From Candidatus Deferrimicrobiaceae bacterium (GTDB lineage: Bacteria > Desulfobacterota > Deferrimicrobia > Deferrimicrobiales > Deferrimicrobiaceae), in contig CAWBVY010000004.1 of assembly GCA_963792415.1 (NCBI GenBank), forward strand, positions 384,001-448,000: 64,000 nucleotides of DNA, in the 5' to 3' direction. A program made the translations under genes and the position numbers. Of this stretch, positions 59,790 through 64,000 are shown piece by piece. Below the pieces are notes generated by a model that worked only from the letters and a program-made list of their open reading frames with translations, ran no database searches and was not told the origin of the DNA. The first letter of the stretch is position 1; each line of letters starts with the position of its first letter.

Positions 59790-59805
59790 TTGACATTAAC
59801 GTTAA
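59790..59805. promoter_or_regulatory. LiuR-like MerR operator overlapping the -35 of the acyl-CoA dehydrogenase promoter
   Basis: TTGACATTAACGTTAA; a similar box lies at 62989. Confidence 0.6.
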
Positions 59806-59889
59806 GAAGAAGTATGAAATAGGGAAGGCCCCTGAAACCCGGGGAAGCACAAGCCTGTTGAGAAATACGGGCTGGACCGAGGTGAGCCG

Positions 59890-61668
59890 ATGGCGACCGG
59901 AGAGAAGATTTTGCACGGCGGCGGGTACCTGATCGAGGACGCAACCGCGGGGAGCGTGTTCACCCCTGAGGATTTCAGCGACGAGCAGCTTCAGCTCGCG
60001 GACACCACGGACCAGTTTCTCCGTGAAAAGGTCCTGCCCCACGTGGAAAAGCTGGAGAACCACGACTTCGACCTGATGGTCAAGCTCCTGCGTCAGTTCG
60101 GGGAACTCGGCCTCCTGATGATCGACGCCCCCGAGGAGTACGGTGGTCTCGATCTCTCGAAGACCACGAGCATGCTGGCGGCGGAGAAGGCGTCCATCTA
60201 CGGCGGCTTCTCCGTGGCGTACACGGCGCACTCGGGGATCGGCACCCTGCCCCTCATCTATTACGGGACGAGGGAGCAGAAGGAGCGGTACCTCGGGAAG
60301 ATCATCACCGGCGAGTGGATGGCCGCCTACTGCCTCACGGAGCCCGACTCCGGGAGCGACGCCCTCGGCGCCAAGGCGACCGCCACCCTCACGCCGGACG
60401 GGAAGCACTATCTCCTGAACGGCACCAAGCAATTCACCACCAACGGGAGCTTCGCCGACCTATACACGGTCTTCGCCAAGATCGACCGGCAGCATTTCAC
60501 CGCGTTCCTGGTCGAGCGCGCCTTCGAGGGGGTGAAGCCCGGCCCCGAGGAGAAGAAGCTCGGGATCCACGGTTCCTCGACGACCTCGCTGATTCTCGAG
60601 GATGCGAAGGTCCCCGTGGAAAACGTGCTCGGCGAGATCGGCAAGGGGCACAAGATCGCCTTCAACGTCCTGAACGTAGGGCGTCTCAAGCTCGGCGCCT
60701 GCGTCACCGGCGCCGGAAAGTTCGCCTTCGCGGAAGGGGTGCGGTACGCGAACCTGCGCAAGCAGTTCGGCGTCACCATCGGGACGTTTGGCGCCATCCG
60801 TGAGAAGATCGCCGACACCGCGGCGGCGCTGTTCGCCTCCGAGGCGCTGGTGTATCGCGTGGCCGGGATGATCGACGACCGCCTGGCTGCCGTCCCGAAG
60901 GGGATCCCCGACTACTACGAAGCGTACCAGGAAGGGATCGAGGATTACTCCATCGAGTGCGCGATCGCGAAGGTCTTCTGCAGCGACGTCCTCGCGCTGG
61001 TGGTCGACGAGGTCGTCCAGATCTTCGGTGGGTACGGCTACACGCAGGAGTACCCCGCGGAGCGCTACTACCGCGACGAGCGGATCAACCGGATCTTCGA
61101 GGGGACGAACGAGATCAACCGGATGCTCATCCCCGGGACGCTTCTGCGGCGCGCGAAGAAGGGGGAGATCCCCCTGCAGGAAGAGGTGATGAAGGCGGTG
61201 GGACGCCTCTCCGCGGCCGCGGGGGAACCGCCGGCCGTGCCGTTCGGCGCGGAGAAGGCGCTGCTTCGCAACCTGAAGGACGCCTTCCTCGTGCTCGCGG
61301 GCGCGGCCGTCCAGCGGTTCGGCGGGAAGGTGAAGGACGAGCAGGAAACGCTGATCGCCCTTGCGGACGTGGCGATCAACGTCTTTGCGATCGAGAGCGC
61401 GGTGCTGCGGGCGGAGAAGGTCGCCGCCTCGGGAAACGCCTCCCGGGCGGAGCTCGCCGCCGCGGCCGTCAAGACGTTCACGTTCCCGGCGTCCGAGGCG
61501 GCCGTCAGCGCGGCGCGGCGCGCGGCGTTCTACGTCGGCGAGGGGAATACGCTGCAGATGCTCCTCTCGGGGATCCGGCGGGCGACGCGGTACGACGCCT
61601 CCGGCCTCCTCGACGCGAAGCACAAGCTTGCGGCCGCCGCGCTCGAACTGGAGCGCTACCCGCTGTAA
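59890..61668 (+). CDS. Acyl-CoA dehydrogenase (long FadE type)
   Basis: YCLTEPDSGSDA, LNGTKQF, KLGIHGSST, RKQFG, QIFGGYGY, RIFEGTNEINR. Confidence 0.93.
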   Translation: MATGEKILHGGGYLIEDATAGSVFTPEDFSDEQLQLADTTDQFLREKVLPHVEKLENHDFDLMVKLLRQFGELGLLMIDAPEEYGGLDLSKTTSMLAAEKASIYGGFSVAYTAHSGIGTLPLIYYGTREQKERYLGKIITGEWMAAYCLTEPDSGSDALGAKATATLTPDGKHYLLNGTKQFTTNGSFADLYTVFAKIDRQHFTAFLVERAFEGVKPGPEEKKLGIHGSSTTSLILEDAKVPVENVLGEIGKGHKIAFNVLNVGRLKLGACVTGAGKFAFAEGVRYANLRKQFGVTIGTFGAIREKIADTAAALFASEALVYRVAGMIDDRLAAVPKGIPDYYEAYQEGIEDYSIECAIAKVFCSDVLALVVDEVVQIFGGYGYTQEYPAERYYRDERINRIFEGTNEINRMLIPGTLLRRAKKGEIPLQEEVMKAVGRLSAAAGEPPAVPFGAEKALLRNLKDAFLVLAGAAVQRFGGKVKDEQETLIALADVAINVFAIESAVLRAEKVAASGNASRAELAAAAVKTFTFPASEAAVSAARRAAFYVGEGNTLQMLLSGIRRATRYDASGLLDAKHKLAAAALELERYPL

Positions 61669-61680
61669 GCCACCGGGATG

Positions 61681-61794
61681 CTTCGGCGGAGTCGCCGCAG
61701 GAGGGGGGGCGCAGTGAGGTAAAGCGCAGCCGTGCGGGTTCACCGCACGGCGAGCCACGAACGAGCCCCGCCCTCCGAGGCGACTCCGCCAAAG
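61681..61794 (+). repeat. Long palindromic (MITE/REP-like) element
   Basis: GGCGGAGTCGCC...GGCGACTCCGCC outer stem, GGAGGG..GGGC/GCCCC.CCCTCC middle stem, CCGTGCGG/CCGCACGG inner stem. Confidence 0.6.
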
Positions 61795-61809
61795 AGAAAC
61801 TCCCTGAGC

Positions 61810-61846
61810 CGCCCCACTGCGACCTTCGCTCTGATGGGGTACCCCC
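61810..61846 (+). repeat. Repeat family B, copy 2 (degenerate)
   Basis: CGCCCCACTGCGACCTTCGCTCTGATGGGGTACCCCC. Confidence 0.7.
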
Positions 61847-61955
61847 ACTGTAGGAATAACCGGGGGTACGGCGGCTTCCCTCGGGAAAGAGTGTCCTGCG
61901 CCACAACCCACAAGCCATAGTATGATTTGATAAACAATCAACCGGGGGGTGGGGG

Positions 61956-62513
61956 ATGAGAAAGCTCGCCATCGTGCTGTCGTTCCTGCTGCTGTCGTCG
62001 CAAGCCTTCGCGCTGGACGTCGCCGGGGTGAACGTCGCCCCGACGGTTTCCGCCGGCCCGAAGACGCTCTCCCTCAACGGGGCGGGCATCCGCAAGGCGT
62101 ACACCTTCGTCAAAGTGTACGTCGGCGCGCTCTACACGGAAAAGAAGTCCGTCTCGACCGACGAACTGCTGAAGGATCCGGGCGACAAGCTCATCCGGAT
62201 GACCTTCGTCATGAAGAAGGTCGAGAAGGAGAAGATCGTCGATGCGTTCTCCGAGGGGTTTTCAAAGAACTCCCCGGCCGTCGCCGGGACCGCCGATGCG
62301 AAGGGGTTTCTCTCCTGGTTCACGACCGACTTCGTCGCGGGCGACACGGTCGACATCTTCCTCGCCGCAGACGGCACGGTATCGGCCACGCACAACGGGA
62401 AGGCGTTGGGAACGGTGCGGAACCCGGCGCTTGCCCGGGCGGTCCTGCTGATCTGGTTCGGGGAGAAGCCGGCCGACGGGGGCCTGAAGAAGGGGATGCT
62501 CGGGAACGGGTGA
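61956..62513 (+). CDS. Secreted chalcone-isomerase-like (CHI-fold) protein
   Basis: Signal peptide AFA-, LNGAGIRK..FVKVYVGALY, IWFGEKPAD..LKKGMLG. Confidence 0.82.
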   Translation: MRKLAIVLSFLLLSSQAFALDVAGVNVAPTVSAGPKTLSLNGAGIRKAYTFVKVYVGALYTEKKSVSTDELLKDPGDKLIRMTFVMKKVEKEKIVDAFSEGFSKNSPAVAGTADAKGFLSWFTTDFVAGDTVDIFLAADGTVSATHNGKALGTVRNPALARAVLLIWFGEKPADGGLKKGMLGNG

Positions 62514-62516
62514 GCC

Positions 62517-62556
62517 CGCCCCACTACGAGCTTCGCGCTGGTGGGGTACCCCCCGC
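62517..62556 (+). repeat. Repeat family B, copy 3
   Basis: CGCCCCACTACGAGCTTCGCGCTGGTGGGGTACCCCCC. Confidence 0.8.
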
Positions 62557-62583
62557 GCTTGGAAAAACGGGGGGCACGGCACG

Positions 62584-62982
62584 CTACTTCGGGATGCCGT
62601 AGAAGTCGACGATCCGCTTCCGGTATTCCGAGATGTCCCGCGCCAGGGACGACAGCTTTTCGATCCTCCGGTGGATCGCGTCCGTGTGGGAGTCGAGCAG
62701 CTCGATCAGTCTCGGCATGATCTTGTCCGGCATCTTCGTCTCGCCGTAGATTTCCGCGAGTTCCTGCATCTGCTGGAGCGAGAGCCCCAGTTCCTTCAAT
62801 TTCAGGACGAATTTGATCCGCCGGATGTCGTCCTTCGTGTAATAGCGGATCCCCCCCTCGGTCCGCTGCGGCGGTTCGATCAGCCCCATCTGCTCGTAGA
62901 GCCGGAGCGTCCGGGTCGTCACCCCGAGCGAGCGGGAAATCTCCCCGATCTGCTGGTGGTCTTCGCTGTTTTTCAGCTTCAT
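62584..62982 (-). CDS. MerR family transcriptional regulator (LiuR-like)
   Basis: IGEISRSLGVTTRTLRLYEQMGLI..R..GG.RYY; no metal-binding Cys. Confidence 0.88.
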   Translation of the reverse strand: MKLKNSEDHQQIGEISRSLGVTTRTLRLYEQMGLIEPPQRTEGGIRYYTKDDIRRIKFVLKLKELGLSLQQMQELAEIYGETKMPDKIMPRLIELLDSHTDAIHRRIEKLSSLARDISEYRKRIVDFYGIPK

Positions 62983-62988
62983 CCGTAC

Positions 62989-63032
62989 TTTACCTCAACG
63001 TCAATGTTAACCATCGGCCCACCGGGTGTCAA
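62989..63032 (-). promoter_or_regulatory. MerR gene promoter with autoregulatory box
   Basis: Minus strand TTGACA (63032-63027), 17 bp, TAACAT; box TTTACCTCAACGTCAA at 62989-63004. Confidence 0.65.
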
Positions 63033-63055
63033 GGTCTTCTGATACACTTGGTGGC

Positions 63056-64000
<945 letters not shown>

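Noticed and set aside
61927-61941. FNR box
   Set aside because: The spacer is 5 nt rather than 4.

Overview
High-GC bacterial chromosome segment. Gene content and protein style suggest a deltaproteobacterial or MBNT15 (Deferrimicrobium)-like organism, which is inference only. It holds about 50 CDS and one tRNA-Ala(CGC), with no integrase, transposase, phage genes or CRISPR array. Left to right: a 2-hydroxyacid/glyoxylate block (FAD/Fe-S dehydrogenase, enlarged malate synthase, cupin-cupin-SDR-DUF2284-PanE-like operon, serine-glyoxylate aminotransferase); a nitric oxide reductase locus (norCB plus two uncharacterised accessory genes, two FNR/DNR-type boxes); fumC; a methyltransferase-P1B ATPase-MFS-TonB-kinase-HD-GYP run; addBA; an XRE-cupin / lysine 2,3-aminomutase / two ATP-grasp ligase / GNAT operon; tRNA-Ala and priA; nfo and peptidases; a sigma54-type RND efflux operon; hemW; a beta-oxidation cluster with metY and a LiuR-like MerR regulator; and a partial sigma54 activator. 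The best candidate for an undescribed system is the KamA + 2x ATP-grasp + GNAT operon (putative beta-lysine peptide or conjugate pathway). Also notable are several families of palindromic REP/MITE-like elements, one copy of which lies in frame inside a protein-coding gene.
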